From Catajapyx aquilonaris (Eukaryota), in NCBI GenBank assembly GCA_000934665.2, contig JYFJ02002921.1, positions 1 through 49,662 of the forward strand: DNA of 49,662 nt, in the 5' to 3' direction. Below are positions 12,501 to 25,300 of the stretch, in pieces. The notes below the pieces were generated by a model. That model made no database searches. It saw nothing but the letters and a program-made list of their open reading frames with translations, and had not been told where the DNA came from. How positions within the stretch are numbered: the stretch's first letter is position 1; every line of letters starts with the position of its first letter. The translations under genes were made by a program, and so were the position numbers.

Positions 12501-15500
12501 TTTTGTCACTTGCTCGACTTGTGTTGGGGGGGTTATAGGATTGAAACTCATACACAAGGCTTTCAATTCGCAGTGTGGATAATTATTACTTTTTCAATGA
12601 TTTTTTTTTGGTTCCTCAGGTACTCTAACATCTACTCTAATTACTGTACATACATTGGGGCAAATTGGCAAAACGATTCATTCCTCTATGATTAACAACA
12701 AGTAGCAACGTACAAAGTGAAGGGAGAGGGGGAAATGGGGGGTGTATGATTGGGGGAGGGGGCTGTACAAAGTTGCAGGTTTATTTATTTTTACTGCAAA
12801 AATTGGGGAGGACACAAGTCCAAAACTACCGAGGACACGTGTCCTTTTATTTTGCAAACAAAGCACCAAAATTCTTTCTCTCGTTAAAACACTACAAAAA
12901 ACGGTGCATGGATTTTTCGCGACTCCTACGATTTATTAAGGCATTTATTAAGAGGGCTCCGTGTACTTAAAGGCGTCGTATTGCAATGCAAAAAATTTAA
13001 TACAGCATTTTAGTCATTGTGTATACCCCGCATGGCTTTAGACGCACTTGAAGTTGCCCAACTTTGATATGCTCTTTTTTTAATTTAATCAGGAGCTCGA
13101 GGTCAAAAAAACACTATGATCTACGAGCTACACGATGATCTGGAAGTAAGAGATCGCACTTTGTACATGTCAATCTCGCTGATGGGGGGAGGGGGGGGGG
13201 CGAAAAGCACTTGTAAAATGGTCAGTGACATAAGTACACTTGTGTCATTACATTTTTTTCCCATTTTCATTCGAGTTTATAATGCAGCAGCTGAAAGCTC
13301 GGAGCGTAATGTATTGCGCACATTGTAATTATGTATAATGTTCATATTGGGGGGGGTGAGGAGGCCCGGTTAATACTCGAATAGCGTGCATGATTTCACC
13401 GCCCCAGAGACAAATTGTCGCACTTGATTCGGGCCTTTCCCACTGCCGAAAATCGGGGGGCGTTGAAAGACTTGTATTCGACGTACATGCTCCCAAAAAA
13501 AAATTGTTTCGGACACATTTTTTTTTTGGAAACATATTCTACAGTCTGATCTTTCCATCCAGTGGATTGCGGTTTTTGGCAAAAGGTCGCTGCAGAGTTG
13601 GGGGTTAGTTTTTTGGGCAAATGCCTCTCTTGGCTTGGGACCCTGCCCTTATATGCCAGTGTAAATATCGAACCGCCTGATAAAAGCGTGACCTCAAATC
13701 TTTAGCCTTCCCTTTCCCTTCCCCGGAAAGGAAACCCGCACCCCCTAGAATTTTCATTGTCCGAAAAAGACAAAGGGTCGATTTCACGCTAGAATTCGCT
13801 CTATTTGCACACTGCAAAATGCACAGGGTGAACTTTCTCACAAGCCCGGAATAGCACTAGAGGAGATCGCCGTTATTATAAAATAGCAGTAGGCGCGATA
13901 GCAGTTACTTTTCGAAAAAAAACACACAGAGGGCCAAAAAAATCACGCCGGTTGCTAGAATAAACAATCCCTCCGATTTCACTCCCATTTTGACTTGTGG
14001 ACCACCCTGTAATGCGAATTGTGCCGGAATGACCCATGTTTGCCCCTCATTTTACGACCGGTTCGTTCCAGGATGATGGCCACTCTCATGGACTGTTACT
14101 GTTCTCTTGTTGCTATTCCCGAAGGGTAAGGCGAGCTGGATTGGTCGTCGGAATGAGATTGGCCAATCCGCCGAAAAAAAAAAAAAGTGGGGGGTCCTCC
14201 ATTGTTTAGGCTGCCCTAAATTCCATCCGGGGCTAACCCCCACCAAAAAAAAGTGAGGCGGAAGACGACCATTTTCTTTCGCATTTTCACCAGTCGATTG
14301 TTCCCAGCTCGAGAGTTAGTTCGTAATGGAAAAGCAGGAGGTTTATTTTCATCCTCATCAACAAGACTGTATGGTGACAATTAGGTCCAAATTAGGGCTT
14401 GGTCAGTGCTAAAATGCTCTGGAGACTCGTATAGGTGGAATGCGGTTGGGTGAATGGGTTGATATGCTCATATTAAATCGAGGCTTCATTTACTATATGG
14501 ACTGTACGGACCATTTAAACACATTTAAGGCATAAATGGATACGGCAGGCACGTCTCAGGCACATATTTAACAATTTTAAAATGCAGAAACTATACTGGT
14601 AGAATAATGCAATGTTACTGAACCTTCTAGTCTAGGCAAAACGTAAACAACATTGTTGGTCGAGAATTCTCTAAAAAGGCACTCAAAACATGATATGTAT
14701 TGAATTGATTAATTAGTAATTGAGCAATTTAGCTCGCTACGGCCATCTCCTAACGGCCGGTTAAAATTTTTGGATGGATATTACAGGTCTATAAAATTTA
14801 ACCGGCAGCTAACAAGCTCAGTTTTAGTTAATATCTTGACCACCGTTAGCTCTTAATTTGAGTACATGTTGCCGACTTGCTGTTTAATAATTTTTTAACA
14901 ACAACAAGTATTGTCGGTATATGAAAAACTCCGTCGTAACTCTGGGGCTTAGAGAGCTGCGAGGGGGGCCTCGTATAAGCCTCGTGGTCTTGACAGTATC
15001 GCATGAAAACCCTGTAATTAAACCCAGCTTGGATCGATGAAAAATGACGTGAGATAGAACGGAATTGGATGCAAAAATTAGGGGCCTCAGCTCTATAAGC
15101 AAGGTCGCTTGCAAGGTTATAAAGAGTCAGTGGTCAGGAAGGATCCACGAAAAACAACAGCATTAGGTCGAAATATCACTGAATCATTTTTTTCCTCATT
15201 GCAACAGGGTCGTCATTACACTTGGCATTGAATTTTTATACCCATGGTTTACCCTCTGGCGTTAATTATCCCCTGAAGGCCCTTTGCATGAATAATAAAA
15301 ACTGAGAGACGGACAGTATAAAGAGAATGAGGAAAAGAAGTCGATTAAGGACCGGGGTATCATGGACCCCCCAAAATATTTTATCCCACCCTCCCCCCAT
15401 CCCCTTAGTGTTGTATTGAATTATTGATGGTGTATACAAGGCCATGCAGCAATGTGGTAAAATATTGGTGGCGTGTGAAAATGAGGCCAAGTTGGATGGG

Positions 15501-16281
15501 TCAAGGATCAGGAACTGCTGCAAGAAACCCCCGCTTTCTGCCGTAGATCAAAACAACAGGGTGTTTTGTAAATGATCCGGACAAATCCTGAAGAGCAGAG
15601 GTTCGTTTTATGTAGAGGTGTCATTTGGTCTACGCAGCTCCGTTTTTACGATATTCACACATGATGTGGAAATATCGGGTTGTACAGACGACTGAAGTGT
15701 CGTAGGCCTTATAGCCATGCTCGCAAATCTGCGAAGACCAAATGACACCTCCGCAATGAATCGTTATGAAACACCCTGTTGTGGACGGGGTATAGGGCCA
15801 CCCAAACCACTCGAACTGTTTCTGACATATCGACTGGTGAAAATCGATGGACCTTCCGAAATAAGGACTCCCCTTGCCTTTGCAATGGGCCGTTGAATAA
15901 AGAATGACAACCCCCGCTCTCCACTAACTCCTCCTCCGGTTCCTTCCACTATTGAAACTAACCCTTTTCACTAATATGCCCTGTCATGTTTTTGCTTTGG
16001 AAGGGGGAAGGAAAAGAATCAGCGACCTTTTTTTTTGCCCCCCCAAAAATTCGAGTACAGGTCATATTTTCGTTGTGTGTACCTGAGTTTGGCTTGAAGA
16101 GTTCCTCTAGGTACCAGTCATTGTTTATGAGAGAGTCATCAAGTCCCACCATTAATTCCTACTTAAAAGTGATGAATCAGCCTTGTAGATATGGTTGGGT
16201 CAATTTTCTTATTTTTTTTTTGATAGTGGGTAAAATGTTCTTCTGAAAAATCCCTTGCTAAGTCTCTTGTCCTCTTGCAGT

Positions 16282-16345
16282 TCAGGTCGGTTCAGACAGC
16301 GCCTCCCGTCGTTTCCTCGACTTCTCCATTCTCTTACTCAAAGGC
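16282..16345 (-). CDS. Putative Teh1-like terminal coding exon
   Basis: atattttccag|G CCT TTG...CCG ACC TGA; completes the phase-2 codon (AG+G) and gives RPLSKRMEKSRKRREALSEPT*. Confidence 0.55.
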
Positions 16346-19300
16346 CTGGAAAATATTACAGAAAAATGTAAATATCCGGCAACATTTATTTAGGCTCTGG
16401 AATTTTTCAAGCGCAACATTTAGGCTGGTAATTACTTATTGTTAGTTGGAAGCAGTGAAAAGAAAATTTGTAACGAAATGAGGTCATAAGGAATAATTGC
16501 AACAATGCGATAATTTTGGGTTGGCACTAATGGACCTGATAACCGGGAACATCCAAGGTACTCCTGTGTACACCTGCGAGTGGTACTCCCAGGTACTCCT
16601 GGAATTTTGTATTCCAGTGTACCCAAGGGGGTAACCACTCGACTGACAAGTCTTGTCATTCGAGTGGTTACCCACTTGGGAACATCCTTGAACGTTCAAA
16701 CCTTTTATACGGAAATGCGGCACACGTGCAGTTAGAGAGGCATGCAGTGATTTCGTTAAATCAAAATTATATTTCCGCTCGCAAGTAACTCAAATGGGGG
16801 TAAATATAGTGTACTTCCTGCCTGTTGTCAGGGTACAACCGCCCACTTCATGAATGAGTATTTCTTTCGTTAATTATTCATTCCGGCCATTGCTTATGTA
16901 CTGCATGTTGAAACGAAAAGGGAAAATAATGCACATAATTATATGCATAGTGTATACACAACAAACGCTCAGATGGAGTTTGGATGTATGCGATATATCT
17001 GGTAGTATTGAATATTTTGTTGATTGTCATTTTTTGTTTCTATTTCTGGTAAAGCTACAGCTTCATATACCGTGATAACTTCTTTTTTTCTTCTGATATG
17101 CCTTCACAAGGCTGTGATATAATATTCTTGATAGATTTTACATGAGTCTATTATTGGATGTAATTATTATCAAAGGTTGTGACAAATCCACAAGATTATA
17201 TTGGTTATAAAATGTTTTTCTTGCTTTTTTTGCTTTTAATTGAGTATCTTTATGAGTTTGATACGAAATACATGATCGATGTTCAACTGAGCAAACGCAG
17301 AGGATAAATGTGATTTTTTTAAAAGACTAACATTGATCGCTACTATACTGTTATTTAAAAATAACAGTCATCACTTTCATGTGAACTGCATTTACATAAA
17401 GTGTTTCCTTCACCAAAAATGATCGCTGCCACTGTTATTTCATAAATAACAGTCATCATTTTTATGTGAGTTGCATTTACTTTATTAGACAATTTTAGGG
17501 CAATAATTTCTGTACGTATGTACGAAACAAATCCAGGCTCATTTCTATTGATTGTTTATTCAACACCACAGGTATTCAATAAGCCAACTTTAATCTGGAA
17601 AGCAATTGACAGCAAAAAAATGGCGAAATTTCTGTTACGCGACTTTTGGCGTTGTTAATTGGCACGTGCTCGAATCTAATAGTTATTGGAGAAGACCTTG
17701 AGCATTGTTGATATTTTGGAATCGCTTTTAATCACCTGATGAGAGAGAGAGAGAAGCTTCCCATTCCAGTTGAATAGAGAGCATTGTGAAGGCTTCAGAT
17801 GTCAGGAAGCTCCCTGAGCAAAGAGCGACCCATGCCATAGCACCATTTTTCAAGCCCCGTCGTGAGAAATGTAGGGCTCTGTCAGGCACACTGCCCTACT
17901 TGGGACACAAATCAAGCAATCTCGCTTCCCACACCTCCATCGATCCACAACCGATGACTTTTGTCCCATAGAGAGAGAAAAAGCCTGCAGCCGACTGCTT
18001 TTGATACTTATAAGCACCCTTCCTATATCCAGCACGTTATCTCTCCAGGATTCGGGTTCCTAATGGTTTTTTTGGTCAGCGACCTCCTTCCAATCACGAC
18101 TCTTGTCATGCTATCTCCCTCGATCTCTGATTCGTGCCCGTTAAGAACATTGCGCACCTATGGGGGAGTGCAATGTGCCTGTTACTCTATGTGTGTGTTT
18201 TTTTTCGGGGGGTATCTTCGTGTGTGTCAGCTGGACAAAGATAGCCAGCGGGGGCGCTCTGCCCAATCGATTGGACCTCCTCCAATGACGTAGATAGGAA
18301 TGGAGCACCCGCGTCTATTGCTATCCATATTCCTTATACCCACTTGTCCCGAGATATTCTGCGCCGACATGCAAACCCCGGACCGAATTAAACCGTGTCT
18401 GATTGAATCCCTGCTTTGCTGGGACCACCAAAAGTGCGACGTAGAATGTGCTAGAAAATAAGTTCAATTTAATAAGTACACTCCAAAAAGTGAAGGGCCA
18501 AATATTGTTAGCACAAAGTTGGGGTCAGAGGTGCATACAGGCCAAAGCGCAAAATATATGCGTGGGCAACCGCATTTCCAGCAGACAGGGAATTTCATTT
18601 ATGAATGGGGATTAGAGTAAATATTCATGATCATTCATAAACCATATGCGTTTCTGCATAGGCAGCAGGCACGTGGATATACGGAAAAAATATAGCTGTT
18701 GCTGCAGTTCGGCTATCACAACATGGTTTGCTTTTAGTCGCTATTATGATTACAGGAAAAATGATCGGGGTAAATTGCAAGGTGTGCGGAGGGTAAATAA
18801 AACAGCGGAGAAGATAAGTTGCAAAAATTGATGCCGATAACGCCGCTTAATTCGCTAAACTACACTTTTGCCAATTTTTTTTGGCAGCATATGGAACACG
18901 GCATGTGGTTAAACCTCAAGTGTCGGGCGTGACACTCTCAGCCGGAAGATTGCGTTTCACATGACAAAGAAAGAAAAAAACACGTGCTTTTGTGAATCAG
19001 GTTTGGATATACATTACGCGACATGGGCCCCCATAGAGTTTGAATACATGTTACGTAAACCTTGAGCAGAAAAAAAAGGTGTGCGGTATGTCACGCTCTG
19101 ACATTTTGACAACCGGGCACTTAGCCGCCCGCAGACTAATTGCACTCGATAACATGTAACACTTGCTCTCCATACACAGTATGCGATATACCAATCGATT
19201 ACAGAATTTGTAAAGCGTGTGTGTCGCACCTAATTTTAACTATGCAATCGCGGTTACACTTAACAATATCAATCGATAAAATAATGACCCTATTTCAATA

Positions 19301-22300
19301 GGTCTATTATTACAGGTTCACCAGGGGTTACGTTGAACTGCATTTCATTATAATAAGTGGCTTCCAACTATAGCTTCTTTTTTTTCTCTCTACCTCAGAA
19401 ACACGAGCCAATATTTCTCATTTCAGGTCGTAAAATTCATGGAATCGGGACATAAACAAGGAAAGAATTTATATCATCCGGTCCGAAAGTGGGGTGGACC
19501 TTGGCCCCCAGTAGTGTCCGGGACATGTAATAGAAACGGCATTGAAAAATAGTAGAACCGGCTGACTCTTCGAGCGAGCACTGCGCACCATCAAAATTTC
19601 ATCGCCTTTGATCTCTCTCTCTGTAGGATCCAAACAGCCCCTGGATCAAACGACTTGTTCCGCACCGAAGAACTCGGCTTGATTATACGCCAGAGGTTTC
19701 CTTTACTGCCACTAAGCAATATCTATCGTTAAAAAAAAGCTCGACCGTAAAGGTAAATATTTGGCGACTCAACAAGGGAGCAATGTCCTATACTAAGGCC
19801 ACGTAAGCAGTTCCGGCCGATTGTTTTTTTTCCTCCTGTTATTCAAACACAATTCTTCAACTTATAACAATATTATATTTGGAACGCGTGACTTTATTTG
19901 CAATAGGGTTATACTGTTTTGCTGAGCTACAGGATGAGCCTAATTTTGTTGCAAGTATAATGTGTTCCCCAGGTTGTTTGTTGGAAACTATTTGGCTCGA
20001 AAAAAAGACATGGGGGAAGCTATTATTATGACAGTAAGCTTTATGGACACCTGGAAAACGATAACTGCTCCTGACAGACACGCAATCCTCCAGCCATAAA
20101 TTTAGGATGATTTATGCAGTCCAATTCCGAGGGTCCCCCTCCTCGATATTATTTTGTCGCAATACAACCGCACACACATATTCGGAGCAGAATTTCGGAT
20201 AAAAATTCATTGAACCCGTATCCAAACAGGTAATTTTGCAGTAAGGCAGTAAAAAGCAGTAAAAATATAATATCTTGTAAAAGTACATTTCTCTTATGGG
20301 ACTATTTGGTGTATAGTACGCTGTAATATATTTCATTATTTAAATGTTTAAATACACCAATTGGACGGTGTTATGCAATAATGGGTCAACCCACAGGAGA
20401 ACAGTGTTGAGAAAAAGGGCTATAAATGTCACGTGTGAAATTAATTCAGTGACCCTTTCGGTCATTTATGACAGAAGTAATGCAGATTTCGCCAGATTAA
20501 TTTTAACCGCCGGAATAAAGTACGATCCTTTGAGTATATGTTCGTGGGCTTAACTCAAACGTGACATTGTTGTGGGTTGACACATTATTGCATATCACCG
20601 TCCAATTAGGGTATTTGATCTGGAGATATTGAGCTGAATTTTCGTCCCACTGTGACATACCAGTGTTGGCAGTAACTAGCAATGGGACGAAAATTCAACC
20701 CATTCTCATCAAATTAATACTTAACATTAAGGTCTACTCAATAAAAATCATGAGAAATTACGCAATAAAAATCCAGCCTCATCACTCTGCAAATGTAGCC
20801 ATCGGACAAGTTACGGTCAAAGGTAAATGTGTATGAAGCATTGATACCGAGAAGGTCCGAAACTCACGTGACAGAAAGGCATTGTGTCAGCCTGAAATTG
20901 GACCCGAGCAATTAATCAGTGTCACCCTCGCCATGTTGTTTTTTTATGGGTAGCCTTTTCTTTAGGGCGACGGTGGCTGGATTTGCAGGACACGACATCA
21001 CACGAAGAGAGGTGTATTGAACCGGAATAACCTCCCGACGACGACGACGACGGTGCCGACGCCACACCGCAGATGTTGGCATTTTAAAGGTGTTACCCTC
21101 CCCCGTCATTTTTTCAGGTCCTGACCTTTTTTACTTGGAAATATTTGAGCGAAAGGACACGACCGAAAATCCGGGTCTGTAATTCGGGACACGGCCTTGT
21201 ACACATCTCGCCCACACTTTGTGCCATTTATTTTTTGGGGGGTGGCCACAAGTACCCAATCAATAAGCTGCATTTTTAGGGAGCAGAGGAGTAGCCACCG
21301 TACAACGAATCGATGTATCGACGCGACAGATCGAAAAAAGTGAAAAAGTCTAAAAGGTATAGATATGGATTGCAAAATGAAGTCAGAAATGAATTAATAA
21401 AGTCCAAGCGGTGCTTCGAAACAGGTTTAAAAAAACAGCACGCGAAATGGTCATGCTCTTGCAAAACCTTTTTCCACCCAATCTCTGTTAATGAGAATTA
21501 ATTGGAGTAATATCCTTAAATCCTTGATTTCCTCTCACCCAAGCGCCTGCCAGCAAAGTGGGCCTTGGCGGCTCTTTTGCACGCAAATGAAACCAATTCG
21601 CCAAAATTCCCGGACATTAATGGACAAGCAACATGGGGGAGCTTTCTGATATGAGCCGGCTTGATATTGAATATTAAGCCTGTCCAAGGTAACGCCCGCT
21701 CATGCCTGGAAAGCATGGGGCTTAATTAGTAATGTGTTGTTGGACAAGGAGGCCAAAGCATGATTGCAATTACATGAGCTCCAGATTACTATCGAGAATA
21801 AACGCTCTACTTACGTCTGAAAGGCCTAATTTATATTGCGGAACTCTCACAAATATTCATACATGAGCGAATGGATAGTTCCTCCTTCCAACCACCAGAG
21901 GCGCTGTCTTGCCCCCATTGCGCATGCGCAGAACTCGGGGGCCAATCGGAAGCGTCGGGAAAACAACATGCGACGGGCCAATCAAACGCCTTACGCAAAC
22001 ACCCTGAATATGATTTTTAAATTATATACAGGGTGTCCGACAAGCGGAACAATCGATTAGATTATTGTAGGTAATTAGATTGTATTGTTAATTTCCAGTT
22101 GTGCCAACTAGCAGTATGTTGACAGTCAGTAAAGGTTGCGTTGGCACAGTTGGCACAACTGATGGAAACCAGTAATATAATTTCATCTAATTGACCTAGA
22201 GTTCCAAACTTGTTAGACACCCTGTAGTTGCTTCAATTTTCTGTCTATTTAACTATAGATTGCCAGAGTGAACAATCCGTGACTCAGCATTCTTTCCATG

Positions 22301-25300
22301 GCCCTTACACAATGCGACACCTGGATGCAAGCTATAATTTTCGCACAATTGGCTCTCAAATTGTGAAAATCTACTGGGACCATGACTAGTGACACCCACA
22401 CGACACGTGACGATCGGAAACATTCGGAGAAAAAGTGTTCAGGTGGTGCCATTGTGTGTCCAAGCGGGTAATTAGCGCTCGGAGTTAATTAGTCGAAGAA
22501 AATGGAGGGTGTGCGTTTCAACGGGCGTGCTCGAGAGGTCGACGAACCCGGATCGAAGAAAATTTCGAAACACTTTATAGAAACAAAGATTAGCACGCGA
22601 AAATCAGAATTTATTCTGGTGCCCTAGTGACAACGCACCCTAGTGCCATTGGCATTGGTGACCCGTGCGAAAATAATAGCCAAAAAAAGGGGGGGGGGAT
22701 ATATATATAAAAGCAACGCGTGACTCAAACGGAGATGTCCAAATCCGGATTCAGCAAAGTCGTGCCTTTTTTATGCGGATGTTCGATAGGCACGCGAACA
22801 ACACATTCTAGGAGTTGAAATTTTGATGTCTTTTCAAAGGTGGGGAGATGCGGCGTGGTTGGGTATATATATGGGAGGGGTCAAAATCAAGCCTTAGAAT
22901 CGCCGGGGGCCATGTTATTGCATCACATCGATGTGTATTTGCAGAAAGTGAGCGTGAATCATGCTACTGGGCCGTTATTCGCAAAACACGCTCGTTGCGA
23001 ATTCAAGGAGGTCATGCCCATAGGTTGCGAACTTTGGCCCCTCGCATTTATAGCTGATTTTAAAAAAATATTGTGCGCAACTTGTTTCCAACACTACGCT
23101 TGAAGGGGTAACAATATGGCCGACTTTTGCGACGCTGCCAAGGCTACCTTGATCACTGTGGCAACGTTGTCGTCGGAACAATGGATTTGCACAAGTATGG
23201 TTGCGCACTCGGTAGTGTTGTGGACGTAGTATCGTATGTGTCACATAGATGGCGCACTACTGATGACTCACCGCGGACACATAGCGATCAACATTATAGT
23301 ACCACTCTCGGTGATTGCTAGGGTGCAAAAGTTGGCCAATTTAGTGTCAAAATTTCTCTGGCATCGAGCCCTAAGTACACGGGAAATTTTGGCACGAGTG
23401 CAACGTGCTGATTTTCCAGCGGTAGCGGCTTCCCAGGGTATTTTGCCAAAAATTTGCACGCGACCGACCCAGTCCGTGCTTGGTACGCAAAGAAGCTTAT
23501 CCGGCGAAAAAGTTCCGCATCGGCACCCTTTTTTTTATATACATTTCTTCGCAAGGACACCATTCTGCTTAAAAGGGCCTAGTAAGGGGGTGGTGCAAAT
23601 GGCGTCGACCATTCGGCGAACCCCCAAAACGCATCCAAGGATCGATCGCACCTTTGGAAGGTGGAGGGGGTATAGGGAGGCAATCTCATCAACAATAAAT
23701 GATCTTACCTCTGGTCGTGGACCTTGGATCTACTCTGGAAGGTTTGGCAGTAGTCTAGCAGAGAACTGTGCATTAGGACGAGTAAGGTGAGGGAGACGAA
23801 GATGGCGCCTAGAGGAACCACCAGGGAGTAGGACAGCACTGCGATCTGCAATAATTATTACATAGACTCATTTAACAGTAATTACACTGGTTAAAATACT
23901 ACTTATAAGGAAAAAAGCCGTATCTGCAGCAGTTACGGTTTTTTTCTTGCTAGGAACAATATCGCCGTTATTGCGTATTTATAAAGCTCATAAATGCATA
24001 TTGACTCTGCACATGTCTGCCAATCGTGTAATCATTATTATGCTTCTTATCGGGAATTTGGTAAACAGGACCTATAGGGGCGCGCAGCAATGGCATAAAG
24101 CAAAGCGGCTGTAAGCGGTAATGAGACTTAAGCGTTCGTGACGGCGGTGATAACCAGTCCGATAATAATATCTTAGTAGCTATATAGGGGGGGGGGCAGC
24201 TCGTAAATCTTTCATTCGAACCAGGAGCTATTGAGTGACACAACTGCCAATACAGCCCGGGGATCAATCTCTTTAAGCATCAACCACGTGATCCTCATTG
24301 CCTGGTTAATTAAGTTGATTGACATTTCGTTCCTCACCCGCACGTACTTAATCAGCTGGGGATAGTCGAAGCGTGCGTGATAATTGATTTCAATCGCACT
24401 CTTATAGTCACGAGCATTGTTGAATCAGGCTTTTAAAGAATGACTAGAAAAACCATCGTCTCGATCGCTTTTTTTCCCTTCTATATAGGGCGCAGGAGTA
24501 GAAAGCCACTCGCTTTTTTTCTAGGCCTGCGGCCTGTGGTGGTGGAGGACATGTTTAGAATTTTTGGCAATATGTTTGATTACTGACCTGCTGTTGACGG
24601 TCGTAGTGCGGGAGGACTAGGGTTTGGTTGACCTTTGAGTAGTAGCATGGGAAGACGATGCCCTCGGTTGCGAACTGATCCCTGAAGTGTTTGCAGTCCA
24701 CTTCGGGCGGGAAGCCACAGCCTTTCACGTTGACCAGCAGCGCACCTTCCGTTCCGTTGTCGAAAGGGTCGGGGTCAGAGGCCGGGAGGAGACCCGGGCT
24801 GACCCCGGAGCCTCCAGAGGGGAAGAGCTGCCACAAACAGATGATGATGATTATTATTAGGGTCATACCCTGCGCACTGTTGGCATGGCATGGAACAATC
24901 CATCAAGCGGTGTATAATGCACAGGTATGGTTTTGCCCTAATTAACGAAGTTGCAGCAAGTTGGCGGGGGGCTAATTAATGGCTCCGGACCCAACCAGGA
25001 ATTTAAAGCGGCCAACATGCACCATAGGGAACGTTTAGAGAGCTGCTATGTGAGGCCTACTTGAAAGGTAAGGCGACAAGAGTTCTGCATTGCAGAGTTA
25101 CACATTTTTATTAAGACAACAAATGATCGTAAAGGCGGTTGTCCTAATAACTACAGGGCCTTTATAGTTTTCCTCTGAACTAAATGGGGCAGTGATTGTG
25201 GGTCAGGTGACCACAATTGAGGTTAGTCGACGCCCGCACGTGGAAAGGTTTAAAAATACCGGCGACAACAACTCGGAATTAGTCGGGGGTTTCTCGCGGA

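Noticed and set aside
21889..21906. CTCF site ccaccagaggcgct
   Set aside because: One G short of the consensus core, which shifts the key positions.
23236..23790. 184-aa + strand ORF inside the Teh gene
   Set aside because: Non-ATG start inside a dispersed repeat, no recognisable domain, and the end is antisense to the Teh TM2 exon.
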